IMG/VR virus record: IMGVR_UViG_3300033067_001056
Span: 1-41,491 of that record
DNA: 41,491 nt
Origin: a virus
Lineage: Duplodnaviria; Caudoviricetes
Reading direction: 5' to 3' (one strand)
Shown here in pieces: positions 17,986-27,749 of the stretch (its first letter is position 1; each line of letters begins with the position of its first letter). The position numbers and the translations under genes are program-made. The notes beneath the pieces are model-generated. The model was not told where the DNA came from. It ran no database searches and saw only the letters and a program-made list of their open reading frames with translations.

Positions 17986-19687
17986 TTATACGAGCGCTGC
18001 TCAGGCGACTGCCGCGAGCAACAATCATCAGCTCGCAATTCAAACCGCTGCAAATCGTCCAACGATAAATACGCCGTGGGGTTCCAGTTCATGGAATGCC
18101 GTGGCAGGAACTGATCCCGCCACCGGCGAGTCGATCAATAACTGGACCAACAGCATCAATCTCAGTCCGGAGCAGCAAGCCGCTCTGACTTCTCAGCAAC
18201 AAATTGCCGCAGGTCGTAGCGGTGCCGCACTTGGACTGCTCAACCAAGCCGGTAATGCTTTCCAGACACCTATCGATTACGGTGCCACGACCCACCTGTT
18301 TGATTACGGTGGCCCCGCGCAGATGAACATCTCTGGCGGTCCGGCGTCGGCTGGCCTCAGCACGAACCCATTCAGCTACTCCGCCGCTGGCGTCAGCTCT
18401 GGCTGGCAAGGTGGTGACACCGGCTACAATCTACAGAATTATCAGGGCAATCAGGGCATCACGCCACATGACAACCTGACTGGACAACCGCAGTCGCCGA
18501 CTGGTGGTGGCCCGAACGGTACTACTCCCGCTCCAGGCGCTCCGGCCAACGTCGGCACGACACAAGGCGGTGGCGCGAACACGTTCGGCTCCGGCGGCGC
18601 GTTTGGCAACGCCAATGGAAATCCGTACAGCACCAACAATCCAGGTCCGACCAACAACAGCGGAGTCGCCGGCACTATTCTCGACCCGAACTTTATGGCT
18701 GGAACTCAGGCTGCGCCACGCGCTGAGCCTGGATTCGCCACTGAACGTCCGATGCAACAATACGATATGCAGGCGCCGATGCAGAGGGCGCAAGCATTCG
18801 GATACGGAGGACAGCAACAACAGTCCTCTCCGACCAACGGCATGGATTTCTTCTCGCAGCAAGCTACGGAGGCCATTCGTGGTCGTCAAAACCCGCAGCT
18901 CGATCGCCAACGCGCACAGCTTGATCAGCAACTCGCCAACCAAGGCATCACGATGGGAAGCGAGGCATGGCGCAATGCCCACGATGATCTAGGTCGCCAG
19001 CAAAACGACGCTGACCTTGCTGCTATCACCGCCGGCATCAATCAGGGCAACACTGCGTTCGGCCAAGGAATGCAGTTGGGTCAGTTTGCGAATACCGCAC
19101 GCCAGCAAGAATTCTCCAATGCCAACCAGAACTATCTGCAAGGCAACCAAGCTCGCCAGATGCAGCAGCAAGGAAACACCGCTTTCGGCCAGTACCGTCA
19201 ATCGCTGCAAGCGCAACAGCTCCAGCAGATGGCGGCTGCTCGCGGTATGCCGCTGAATGAACTGAACGCCTTGCTGTCTGGTACGCAGGTCAGCCAGCCC
19301 AACTTCGGTGGTCCATCCTCTACTGCCGGTATGGGTCAAGGTGTGAACTACACCGGCGCTGCTCAGAATCAGTACCAAGCTGGCCTCGATCAGTTCAGCA
19401 TAGGGCAGGCGCAGAACCAAGGCATGATGAACGGCCTCGGTTCGTTGGCATCCATGGCCTCCATGTTCTCCGACGAGCGCTTGAAGACCGATATTTCGCC
19501 GGTGGGCAAGCTGAACGACGGCACGCCGCTTTTCAGTTGGAAATGGAAAGATAGCGGCGAGCCAGATGTGGGTGTTATCGCCCAAGAAGTTGAGCGCCAT
19601 GATCCAGCCGCAGTGAAGATGCACCCAAGCGGCTACAAGATGGTTGACTATGCAAGAATCATCCGCAAACAAGCGAGGATGCACTAA
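17954..19687 (+). CDS. Ejection/internal virion protein with C-terminal S74-type intramolecular chaperone
   Basis: MGKGSAPAAPDY start, Gln/Gly/Asn-rich body, C-terminal SDERLKTDI...GVIAQEV...VDY. Confidence 0.8.
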   Translation: MGKGSAPAAPDYTSAAQATAASNNHQLAIQTAANRPTINTPWGSSSWNAVAGTDPATGESINNWTNSINLSPEQQAALTSQQQIAAGRSGAALGLLNQAGNAFQTPIDYGATTHLFDYGGPAQMNISGGPASAGLSTNPFSYSAAGVSSGWQGGDTGYNLQNYQGNQGITPHDNLTGQPQSPTGGGPNGTTPAPGAPANVGTTQGGGANTFGSGGAFGNANGNPYSTNNPGPTNNSGVAGTILDPNFMAGTQAAPRAEPGFATERPMQQYDMQAPMQRAQAFGYGGQQQQSSPTNGMDFFSQQATEAIRGRQNPQLDRQRAQLDQQLANQGITMGSEAWRNAHDDLGRQQNDADLAAITAGINQGNTAFGQGMQLGQFANTARQQEFSNANQNYLQGNQARQMQQQGNTAFGQYRQSLQAQQLQQMAAARGMPLNELNALLSGTQVSQPNFGGPSSTAGMGQGVNYTGAAQNQYQAGLDQFSIGQAQNQGMMNGLGSLASMASMFSDERLKTDISPVGKLNDGTPLFSWKWKDSGEPDVGVIAQEVERHDPAAVKMHPSGYKMVDYARIIRKQARMH

Positions 19688-20115
19688 TGGGAATCGATAT
19701 CAGCCAAATTCCACCGGAGTTGCTGCAAGAACTGATTGGCTCAGGCTCCGGCATCGGCAACGCGCAGGACGACGTCGCACGCCAGACCATGCAGGCAAAC
19801 CTCATGCGATCGATGGGCGGCAATGCCACGAATAACGGACAGGGGCAAACTGTTCGCAACGGCATTTTCGTGGCTGGCAGTCCGTTGTCAGCGCTGGCCG
19901 GTGTCGGCGGCACCGTCGGCGGCATGATGAAAGATGCTGGCGCTGCCGACTCCATGAAGAAAGTACGGACAGCGCAGGAGGGTCAGTTTCAAAAGGTGCT
20001 TGAAGCCCTGATGAAACAGAAGATGCTTCAAGCCGGTGGTCAGCCCACGCCGCCTGTCCCGCCCATGCAAGCGAATGACATGAACAACCCCGCCGCAATG
20101 GGAATGTCCTACTAG
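19687..20115 (+). CDS. Putative ejection protein
   Basis: Gly/Met/Gln-rich with one hydrophobic stretch; coupled to neighbours. Confidence 0.65.
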   Translation: MGIDISQIPPELLQELIGSGSGIGNAQDDVARQTMQANLMRSMGGNATNNGQGQTVRNGIFVAGSPLSALAGVGGTVGGMMKDAGAADSMKKVRTAQEGQFQKVLEALMKQKMLQAGGQPTPPVPPMQANDMNNPAAMGMSY

Positions 20116-20124
20116 GAGCTGAAC

Positions 20125-21165
20125 ATGGCTGGCATGGATGATCTCCTAGCACAACTCGCGCCGCTCATGGCAAACATGGGTGCGAAATCGCCACAGGAAC
20201 AAATGGCGGCGAAAGTGCGCGCTCAGCAAGCGATGGTTGGTGCCAACGATCAAGCACATGGTCTTGATCTTCTGCAATTCGCAGCCTCTGGCGCGAACAA
20301 CCCTGCGCTCGCTCAGGCAACCGGCACACTCGCGAAGCAGCAATCCGAACGGTACAAGCCGATCGCAATGGGGCAAACTGGCTTCGCAATCCCAGCTACC
20401 GGCGACTTTGCTGAGAATCCTGCTTGGACGGAAGACAAACAGATGCAGCGCGTCGGCGCGTTGCAGCAGACTCTCGCTACATTGATGCAGAAGTCTGCTG
20501 ACTCTACCGATCGCAACATGACTCTTGCCACTACCGCGCAAGGGCACGATCAAGCACGCCTGCAATCGGCGGCATTGCTGGCTGAACTTCGCCGTGGTCA
20601 GCAAAATCAGCAGCAGCAAAATCAGTTGAATACACAAACTTCACAGTACGGAAAACTGCTGGAGAAGACTGGCCTGCCTGCGATTACTGACGCCGCCAAG
20701 GGTGTCGCTGAATTGCTGCAAAAGCCGAAGGGCGGCATCGATGGAATCGGCTACGGCATGAACACCGCCTCCGCTATCCCAGGAGTGTCTGACTTGGTGG
20801 TCGGTGCTGAGGGGAAAACCAATCGCGCCACCGTACAGAAGCTGCTCAACGCGCTGATGCTTACTGAATCCGGCAAGGCGGTCACGAAAAACGAAGAAGT
20901 TCGGCAAGCGATCGCCAATATGTCTTCCAACAGCTACAATGAAGAAGACTTCCGCAATGCCATGAGCAAAGTGATCCTCCCCGCTATTGAGCGTCATCGC
21001 CGCACTGCTATCGGTACTGTCCCCGCCTATGTGCATGATGCTTTCGTTGCCAACGGCGGTGATGACTATCGTGTACCGATTTATCAAGCTGGAAATGCCT
21101 CCGCCGGTGTGGTCAAGCCTGCTCCGGCAGCAAATGATGGCTGGTCTGTCAGAGTGAAACCCTAA
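20125..21165 (+). CDS. Putative ejection protein
   Basis: 346 aa helical Ala/Gln-rich, AGGAG RBS. Confidence 0.7.
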   Translation: MAGMDDLLAQLAPLMANMGAKSPQEQMAAKVRAQQAMVGANDQAHGLDLLQFAASGANNPALAQATGTLAKQQSERYKPIAMGQTGFAIPATGDFAENPAWTEDKQMQRVGALQQTLATLMQKSADSTDRNMTLATTAQGHDQARLQSAALLAELRRGQQNQQQQNQLNTQTSQYGKLLEKTGLPAITDAAKGVAELLQKPKGGIDGIGYGMNTASAIPGVSDLVVGAEGKTNRATVQKLLNALMLTESGKAVTKNEEVRQAIANMSSNSYNEEDFRNAMSKVILPAIERHRRTAIGTVPAYVHDAFVANGGDDYRVPIYQAGNASAGVVKPAPAANDGWSVRVKP

Positions 21166-22910
21166 TGCCTACTTTTGAAATCACAGGTCCTGGCGGAAAA
21201 ATCTACGAGGTCACTGGGCCAGAGGGTTCCACGCCTGAGCAGGCATTGGCGCGTGTACGGGCGCAGGTGGCCGGTGCTGGAGCATCGCCGGCTGCACAGG
21301 ACGCGTCACAAGCCCCGCAAATAGCCGCCCCTATACCCACACAGCCAGCGGCACCTTCTGAGCCGCCAAAAGGCGTCCTAAGCCGTACGATGGACTACCT
21401 TGGCAAAGCGGGAAGCGATGCTTACGCTGGCTTCGGGGCCGGTGCAGTCAAGCAGTTTCTGGGGCTAAAGCGCATGATCCCAGGAGTTGGGCTTGATGAC
21501 GAAGACAGGCGCGTCATCGAAGAGGCCAACAAGGATGTGCATGAGCGGAGTAACTGGGCCAACGTCGGCGACATCGCTTCCAACGCGCTAGGCTTCGCTA
21601 TTCCAGGTGCGAAAATAGCACAAGGAGCTGAGCGTGCGGCTACTCTTCTGCCACAGGCACTTCAAGCCACTGCCAAGATTGTCGGTGGTGGGGCTGCCGC
21701 GAGCGCCGCGCAGGAAGCCTTGATGAATCCTGAGTCCACTGGTAAGGACATTGCGGTGGCGGCGACACTTGGCGGTGGATTGAATGGTGCGCTCGGGCTG
21801 GCTGGCAAGGGCATCACCAAGATGTTCACTCCGACCACTGAAGCCGAAGCGCTGATGAAGCGTGGTATCCAGCCCACCTTGGGCGAAGGTGCAGAGGGGA
21901 ATCTAGCTAAGGCGGTCGCCTACATGACCTCCGGCATGACTGACCCATCCAAGCACCAGTACAAGGATACGATGGGCGAAGTGCTGTCCACCATCATGCC
22001 GAAAAACTCTGCTAAGGATGTGGAGCCGCACGTCCTTGCCAAGATGCACCCCGACGAGATCGTTGATAACATCAAGGATTACTTTAATCGGGCGTACGAG
22101 CCGATTTACAGCGGCAAGAAGTTCACGTCCACGCAGACTGTGCGTGATGCGATGAATGATACCGCCGCTACGGTGCCAGATTCGCTGAAACCATCGTACA
22201 ACAAGACGATGAATGACATCATCGGCAGCCAAGTGGGTCGCCAGAAGCTAACGGCGCATGATCTGCTCGATCCCGCTACTGGCATCATTCCGCGTTTGCA
22301 GTCGGCAATCGAAAATGCTGGCACCGACGCCAATGGCCTAGCGATGGCGCGTGCTTTCTCCGAAGCAAAGAAGATATTTGAATCGCAGGTGCGCGATCGT
22401 GGCATTGGTGCGGCTGGCATCGCCGCACTGAAAGACATCGATCCCCGTTACGCCGATGCACAGCGGATTATCGACGCTGTTGAGCGCGGAAAGTCCGGGA
22501 CACGTGATGCGCTCGCTCCAGGAAAGGTACTTAATGAGTACTTCAATCAAAATGCACAATCGGCGGCTGGCACTGGCGGTAGTGAGTCCAAAAAGCTGCT
22601 TGATATGGCAGCTAGGAACATGGACCTCGGTGGCTCACAGGATGAGGCACGCGCTTTCTGGAATACTGCCAAACGTCTGGCATCAATTACTCTGAAGCCA
22701 GTCGCTGGTGCTGGTGTCATTGGTGCCCTCGGTGTTCCAGCGGCTGTACCACTCGCTATTTCTGCCGCAGGCCAAACGAAACAGGGCGCTAAGTTCCTGA
22801 TGGGCGGTAATGAATGGCAGCAAAAACTCGCCGATATGATCCGCCGCGCACGCCCACAGGATTACTCTGCACCTGTGGCCGCTGAACTCTACAACGAGGT
22901 ACATAAATGA
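21165..22910 (+). CDS. Putative large ejection (DNA transfer) protein
   Basis: 581 aa, MPTFEITGPGGKIYEVTGPEG start, Gly/Ala hydrophobic stretches. Confidence 0.7.
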   Translation: MPTFEITGPGGKIYEVTGPEGSTPEQALARVRAQVAGAGASPAAQDASQAPQIAAPIPTQPAAPSEPPKGVLSRTMDYLGKAGSDAYAGFGAGAVKQFLGLKRMIPGVGLDDEDRRVIEEANKDVHERSNWANVGDIASNALGFAIPGAKIAQGAERAATLLPQALQATAKIVGGGAAASAAQEALMNPESTGKDIAVAATLGGGLNGALGLAGKGITKMFTPTTEAEALMKRGIQPTLGEGAEGNLAKAVAYMTSGMTDPSKHQYKDTMGEVLSTIMPKNSAKDVEPHVLAKMHPDEIVDNIKDYFNRAYEPIYSGKKFTSTQTVRDAMNDTAATVPDSLKPSYNKTMNDIIGSQVGRQKLTAHDLLDPATGIIPRLQSAIENAGTDANGLAMARAFSEAKKIFESQVRDRGIGAAGIAALKDIDPRYADAQRIIDAVERGKSGTRDALAPGKVLNEYFNQNAQSAAGTGGSESKKLLDMAARNMDLGGSQDEARAFWNTAKRLASITLKPVAGAGVIGALGVPAAVPLAISAAGQTKQGAKFLMGGNEWQQKLADMIRRARPQDYSAPVAAELYNEVHK

Positions 22911-23869
22911 GCCGCGATTCTTCAGGCAACTATACGCTCCCCGCTGGCAACCCCGTTGTGACGAATACAACGATCACTAGCGCGTGGGCGAACAATACGT
23001 GCAACGACATTGGTGCTGAAATTACCAATTCACTCGATCGTAATGGGCGTGGCGGGATGCTCGCCGCCTTGCGGCTGATCGATGGAACTGCCGGCGTTCC
23101 CGCGATTGCATTCAGCAATGAAACCGGCACCGGATTTGCACGTCTTTCCTCTGGTGCAATCGCCATAGTAATCAACGGAACAAAATCTGCTCACCTTAGC
23201 GGTGCTTCAAATCGCTTTGAAGGTACGGCGTCATATGTCAACGGATTCCTGTTTCAGAATGCGGTTTCTGGCAACCCTGTTCGCCTTACACCCTATTCAG
23301 CAGTTGACATCAATATTGGGCTCATTCTCGATGGGCAAGGCACTGGGCGTGTCCAAGTTGGCAACCAACTGAATGCCAGTTCAAATCCGTTGTTCACCGG
23401 CTGGCAACTTCAAGGCGAGTACATTTACTCGCAGTCAAATGTGCTGATTTCTTCGCCAGCCAACACCGGCGAAAATCAGGTGTACAGCCAGTTGATCTTC
23501 AATAACTCTATGGGGCCGAACGGACAACTCATCATCGAGCCAATTTGGATGGAGAAACAGACTGCCGCCGGTGTATCTCTCAGCACTATCAGAATCAAGT
23601 TTGACGGAAACACCGTGTACACGTACAGTGATAATTCGAACTGTGCGGCTCTGCAGGGTATACAGTCAACACCACGTATCGTTATTATCAATCAAAATGC
23701 GGCCAATTCGCAAATATACGGAGTAGAAACTGGAGCCATTGCTACTCCATGGCCGACTCTCGCAGTTGACACCACTGCGCTCAAGTCTATCACTATCACA
23801 GTTCAAAAGGGAAATGCAGGCGACACATTGAATCTTCGGCGTGTCTCCATTGCTGTTCGTCCACAATGA
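22907..23869 (+). CDS. Tail fibre/spike protein
   Basis: MSRDSSGNYTLPAGNPVV...LDRNGRGGM anchor-type N-terminus, DGTAGVPAIAF segment, beta-rich C-terminus. Confidence 0.75.
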   Translation: MSRDSSGNYTLPAGNPVVTNTTITSAWANNTCNDIGAEITNSLDRNGRGGMLAALRLIDGTAGVPAIAFSNETGTGFARLSSGAIAIVINGTKSAHLSGASNRFEGTASYVNGFLFQNAVSGNPVRLTPYSAVDINIGLILDGQGTGRVQVGNQLNASSNPLFTGWQLQGEYIYSQSNVLISSPANTGENQVYSQLIFNNSMGPNGQLIIEPIWMEKQTAAGVSLSTIRIKFDGNTVYTYSDNSNCAALQGIQSTPRIVIINQNAANSQIYGVETGAIATPWPTLAVDTTALKSITITVQKGNAGDTLNLRRVSIAVRPQ

Positions 23870-24168
23870 TGAATACTGAGAACGGAAGAAGAACAATGGA
23901 TCCAATAGTTAGGAAGCTCGTGGACGATGTTGACGAGCTCAAGGCCGGACACGCCCAAATCCTTAAGGCGATCAAAGATAACACCGACATGACGCAGCCG
24001 ATCGCTGAAATGATCGGCATGGCCCGATGGTTCTTCAAGGCTATTGGCTGGCTCGGCCGAGCAGGGCGCAAGTGCATCGTGTGGGTGACTCCGATCCTCA
24101 CATTTATCGGTGTCGTTTGGGCGCTTGTCTGGGCGTATCTTCACGGAAAGCCACCCTCAATATCATGA
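23866..24168 (+). CDS. Putative holin
   Basis: 100 aa with a C-terminal transmembrane segment directly upstream of the endolysin. Confidence 0.6.
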   Translation: MMNTENGRRTMDPIVRKLVDDVDELKAGHAQILKAIKDNTDMTQPIAEMIGMARWFFKAIGWLGRAGRKCIVWVTPILTFIGVVWALVWAYLHGKPPSIS

Positions 24169-24623
24169 ACGCCCGTATGCGAATTGGTGGTCTCGTATTC
24201 AGCGCAGCCGCGCTTGTCGGCCTGCTGAATGCAGAGAAGTTCATGCCGGAAACGTATGTAGATCAAGGCGGCACGCCGACTATTGGCTTCGGCACCACCA
24301 AGGATGTGAAGCCAGGACAGAAGATAACAGTTGATCGTGCCCTTATCGTGGCGCTGCGTGATGTAGAGGGTACGAGCGCCACCGTCAAATCATGTGTTAC
24401 CGTCCCCCTCACACAAAATGAATTCGATGCCTACGTAGATTTCTCATACAACGTCGGCACCACGGCATTCTGTCGAAGCACGCTTGTAAAGAAGTTGAAC
24501 GCTGAAGATTACGATGGTGCCTGCGCTGAGTTATTGCGTTGGAATTTGGTGAATGGTAAAGTGAACAATGGCCTCGTGAATAGGCGCAAACAAGAATATG
24601 ACCTCTGCATGAGGAGAGATTGA
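24165..24623 (+). CDS. Endolysin, GH24 lysozyme with SAR-like N-terminus
   Basis: Start re-called at MNARMRIGGLVFSAAALVGLL. E-x8-D-x5-T triad (EKFMPETYVDQGGTPT), FSYNVG, GLVNRR. Confidence 0.93.
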   Translation: MNARMRIGGLVFSAAALVGLLNAEKFMPETYVDQGGTPTIGFGTTKDVKPGQKITVDRALIVALRDVEGTSATVKSCVTVPLTQNEFDAYVDFSYNVGTTAFCRSTLVKKLNAEDYDGACAELLRWNLVNGKVNNGLVNRRKQEYDLCMRRD

Positions 24624-25129
24624 TGTACCCCTTACCTGGAAGTGACTTGCTGTGGAAAGTCGGCTCGGCACTCATCCTGTTTTTGTGCTTCGCAGGATTT
24701 TTCTGGATGATGGGTGATCGTCATGGCACGGAGAAATTATCCAAATTCATTGTCGCGCAAGCTACTTCGTCGTCTAAAGTGGTGGCGAAGCAAAATGAAA
24801 TCAGTCGAAAGACTGAGGTACAGGTCCGAACGGAGGTTAAGGTCGTAAGGGTAAAGGGCGACACCATAATCAAGGAGGTACCGATTTATGTTACACAGAT
24901 TGATGATTCTCGCTGCATCATCCCTAATGGCTTCGTGCGCCTCCATACCGCCGCCGCCGAAAACACCACTGCCGGACCTCCCACCGAGTCTGACAGAGCC
25001 GCTTCCCCCTACACGCTCTCTGAAATCGAAACCGTTGATATCGCCAACCTCACAATTCTGGCAGAATGTAAAGCCAAGTTACGAGGCGTTATCAATTTCT
25101 ATAATGCAATTAAGGAATTGAGGAAATAA
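24623..25129 (+). CDS. Rz-like inner-membrane spanin
   Basis: N-terminal TM helix, periplasmic coiled region, IIKEVPIYV motif, follows the endolysin. Confidence 0.8.
   Translation: MYPLPGSDLLWKVGSALILFLCFAGFFWMMGDRHGTEKLSKFIVAQATSSSKVVAKQNEISRKTEVQVRTEVKVVRVKGDTIIKEVPIYVTQIDDSRCIIPNGFVRLHTAAAENTTAGPPTESDRAASPYTLSEIETVDIANLTILAECKAKLRGVINFYNAIKELRK
24888..25121 (+). CDS. Rz1-like outer-membrane lipoprotein spanin embedded in Rz
   Basis: Alternative frame wholly inside Rz. Signal peptide with lipobox MAS-C followed by a Pro-rich tract. Confidence 0.75.
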   Translation: MLHRLMILAASSLMASCASIPPPPKTPLPDLPPSLTEPLPPTRSLKSKPLISPTSQFWQNVKPSYEALSISIMQLRN

Positions 25130-25130
25130 C

Positions 25131-25403
25131 ATGGGACAACCTGTCAATGAGTATGGCTCGCCAGTCCGCTTGACTGCTTCTGGTGCGGCAAAGCAAGGAA
25201 TGGGCGTGCTGTGCGGAATCTTCGTAGCATCAGTCACTGGTGCTACGATTACCATTTACGATGGTCAGTCTGCCTCGGGCACTCTGATCATCGGTACGTT
25301 TACCCCAATCGCCGGCACATTCTACCCAATTCCGTTGAATTTCTCCAGTGGCTGTTTCATCGCCATTACCGGCGCTGCTGACCTCACTGCAATGGTGGCC
25401 TAA
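25131..25403 (+). CDS. Small beta-rich virion-associated protein
   Basis: 90 aa, GAGG RBS, abuts the next gene. Confidence 0.7.
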   Translation: MGQPVNEYGSPVRLTASGAAKQGMGVLCGIFVASVTGATITIYDGQSASGTLIIGTFTPIAGTFYPIPLNFSSGCFIAITGAADLTAMVA

Positions 25404-27170
25404 ATGCTGAGCAAGTACCCCGCCTCCCATGGAATGATGGGGGCAAATCGCCCCACGCTGTACGCCGATTTCATGTCTGGCTCTCTCATTCTTGGTAGAG
25501 GCGGGGTACTTCCTTCATTCACGAATACCACAGTCCGCACCATTACCGATCAGGATTTAGTTGTCCGTCAGGTATTGAGTGGAGAAGCCAGATTTGGGGG
25601 ATTTCGGAGAGTACGGAACTGGTGCTTTGATTCACAAGATGTCACAAGTGCTTTCTGGACTAAGACTGCGGCTGGGACTGGAAGTGCTCCAGTAGTAACT
25701 GCAAATTATACTGCTGCTCCTGATGGAACATTGACTGCTGATCGTGTTCAATTTGACCGTGGGGCAGGTGCTAGCGTTGGTGATGTATCTCTGCTTACAA
25801 TGGCAAATAACACTCCAACTGCTTTTGGTAATAACTGTGTCAGTGTATGGCTAAAAACCAATGACGGAACAACTAAACAAATTGCATTTAGTATCGCAGG
25901 GGCAAATGAAGTAATACTGAATGTGACAGGAATATGGATACGCTACTCTGTATTCTACGCCCCTTCAAACATCTTCAACGGTAGAATTGGACTTCGTGGA
26001 AATATCGCCACTTCACAGACTGCTGATTTAGCAGTGTGGGGTGGACAGCATGAAGATACTACCGGCCAATCCAATCAAAACCCCGCTGAATATGTCTCTG
26101 TCGGCGTCCTCTCCGCCCCCTACCAAGGTGCAAACGTCGATGGTGTCCAATACTTCCCGTATCTGAACGGGAACACGGTTGCGAGTAATGTGGTGACGGA
26201 AGCAAGAGGGGCGAACATTTCCTCCTCCATTCTCGGCGGCTATCTCCCCGAACCTGCTGCGACTCAACTTGTCACTCCACTTGCCTCAGTACGCAATCTT
26301 ACTGATGCTTCATGGGTAAAGACTAGTTGTACGGCTGCACAAACCGCAGTAGGTGCCGATGGTGTAGCTAATAAAGGTTCGACTATTACTGGCACGGCGA
26401 TTAACTGGACTTGCTTACAGACCCTTGTCGCTGCCGCCACGTCTCGAACTGTATCTATGTTGGTTCGTCGTCGCACAGGAACAGGTGCTATTTTCTTGCT
26501 ACAGAATGCAACTGCACTCGACATAACAGCAGCTATTAATTCCACGACTTATACACTTGTACAACTGAATGCTAACGTTCTTAATAGTGCGTTTGGTATT
26601 GGTGGATCGGTAAGTGGTGATGCGGTAGATGTAGATTTTGTACAGTTCGAAGCAGGAAATGTAACAGGACTAGTAAATTCGCGCATTCCGGATTCTATCT
26701 CAGTTCGCAGCGCCGATGTTCTCACTTACGCCACAACGGGATGGCTGAATGCAGCGGCAGGGACGTTGTATGCGGAGTTTTTCAATTCCACCAACACTGG
26801 AGCGAGTGCCATAAGCGCAGTGCTCAGTAATGGGACTGCAAACAACTTTGTACGCACCTATAGAAGTAGCACTGGCGGAACTGCTTTTGCTGATGTCGCC
26901 GACGGTGGGGTAACGCAGTCCAACTTGAGTGTTGGTGCGGTTGCCACTGGCGCGCCGCAGAAGATTGTCAGTGTTTATCAAGCCAACGATTTTGCAGGGT
27001 TTGTAAACAATACATCACTTGGAACTGATGTGGCGGGAACTATTCCGGCGCTGACGCAGTTAGATATAGGGCACCAGAATGGCGGCGCTTTACTCGGCCA
27101 CTACGTCCGCAAGGTGGCTTACTACCCCATAAGAATGCTCAGCGGCACTGCACAGGGTTTAACCCTGTAA
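25404..27170 (+). CDS. Second receptor-binding/fibre or head-spike protein with carbohydrate-binding/LamG-like domains
   Basis: 588 aa Thr/Gly/Ala/Asn-rich. APDGTLTAD, SVWLK, VWGGQHE (CBM-like); RSADVLT, GTLYAEF, LDIG...RKVAYYP (LamG-like). Confidence 0.75.
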   Translation: MLSKYPASHGMMGANRPTLYADFMSGSLILGRGGVLPSFTNTTVRTITDQDLVVRQVLSGEARFGGFRRVRNWCFDSQDVTSAFWTKTAAGTGSAPVVTANYTAAPDGTLTADRVQFDRGAGASVGDVSLLTMANNTPTAFGNNCVSVWLKTNDGTTKQIAFSIAGANEVILNVTGIWIRYSVFYAPSNIFNGRIGLRGNIATSQTADLAVWGGQHEDTTGQSNQNPAEYVSVGVLSAPYQGANVDGVQYFPYLNGNTVASNVVTEARGANISSSILGGYLPEPAATQLVTPLASVRNLTDASWVKTSCTAAQTAVGADGVANKGSTITGTAINWTCLQTLVAAATSRTVSMLVRRRTGTGAIFLLQNATALDITAAINSTTYTLVQLNANVLNSAFGIGGSVSGDAVDVDFVQFEAGNVTGLVNSRIPDSISVRSADVLTYATTGWLNAAAGTLYAEFFNSTNTGASAISAVLSNGTANNFVRTYRSSTGGTAFADVADGGVTQSNLSVGAVATGAPQKIVSVYQANDFAGFVNNTSLGTDVAGTIPALTQLDIGHQNGGALLGHYVRKVAYYPIRMLSGTAQGLTL

Positions 27171-27180
27171 GTCGGCCCTT

Positions 27181-27227
27181 TAGGACGCGTTTTAAGCCTT
27201 CAAAAATAGGTGGGTAAGGGGTAAGTA
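27181..27227 (+). repeat. 47-bp dispersed element, copy A
   Basis: 44/47 identical to the reverse complement of 34066..34112. Confidence 0.9.
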
Positions 27228-27231
27228 CCAA

Positions 27232-27268
27232 GCAAAACGGGCCGGTTTGTTAGACCGGCCCGTTTTGC
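27232..27268. terminator. Bidirectional rho-independent terminator
   Basis: GCAAAACGGGCCGGT...ACCGGCCCGTTTTGC between the convergent late and replication arms. Confidence 0.85.
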
Positions 27269-27283
27269 GTCTGGACTGCCTGA

Positions 27284-27736
27284 TTAGGGCTTTGGCACTT
27301 GCACACTGATGGGCATTTGCTCTTCCGGCTTCAACGGCTCCGGATGTGGGTCTGGGAACCCGCCCATATTAACCGGCACAGAGGTATCGTGAGTGATACC
27401 GGCCAGTCCAGGCACTGTCATGTCTGGTGCTGGCAGTTCAGCTTCTTTCGGCGGCGCATGTTCATCCAGGAAGTCGCTGATTTCCTTCTTCTTTTCAGCC
27501 GGCAGTGGCTCCGAAATGACTTGCGCCGCTTCGTGATGCCGGAACAAATCGCCCAGATGCTTGACTGCTTTTACGAACTTGTCCTCCAGGTCGCGTAGAT
27601 ACTGCTCCGCAGCCCGTTTCAGTACTTCTTCTGCTTCACGAATTTCAGCCGGTGTGGGCGGTAGATCAGCCAGCCGCGCATCATCGATCGTGTACCCTGC
27701 CGCGATTTCAGCAGGTGTTCGCGTAACTTTTGCCAT
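27284..27736 (-). CDS. Hypothetical Pro/Glu-rich protein
   Basis: Start re-called at MAKVTRT after AGGAG RBS. Confidence 0.7.
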   Translation of the reverse strand: MAKVTRTPAEIAAGYTIDDARLADLPPTPAEIREAEEVLKRAAEQYLRDLEDKFVKAVKHLGDLFRHHEAAQVISEPLPAEKKKEISDFLDEHAPPKEAELPAPDMTVPGLAGITHDTSVPVNMGGFPDPHPEPLKPEEQMPISVQVPKP

Positions 27737-27749
27737 GTTGATTCTCCTG

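Noticed and set aside
24888-25121. Nested gene as a novelty
   Set aside because: Embedded Rz1 within Rz is a well-known spanin arrangement. Recorded as a feature only.
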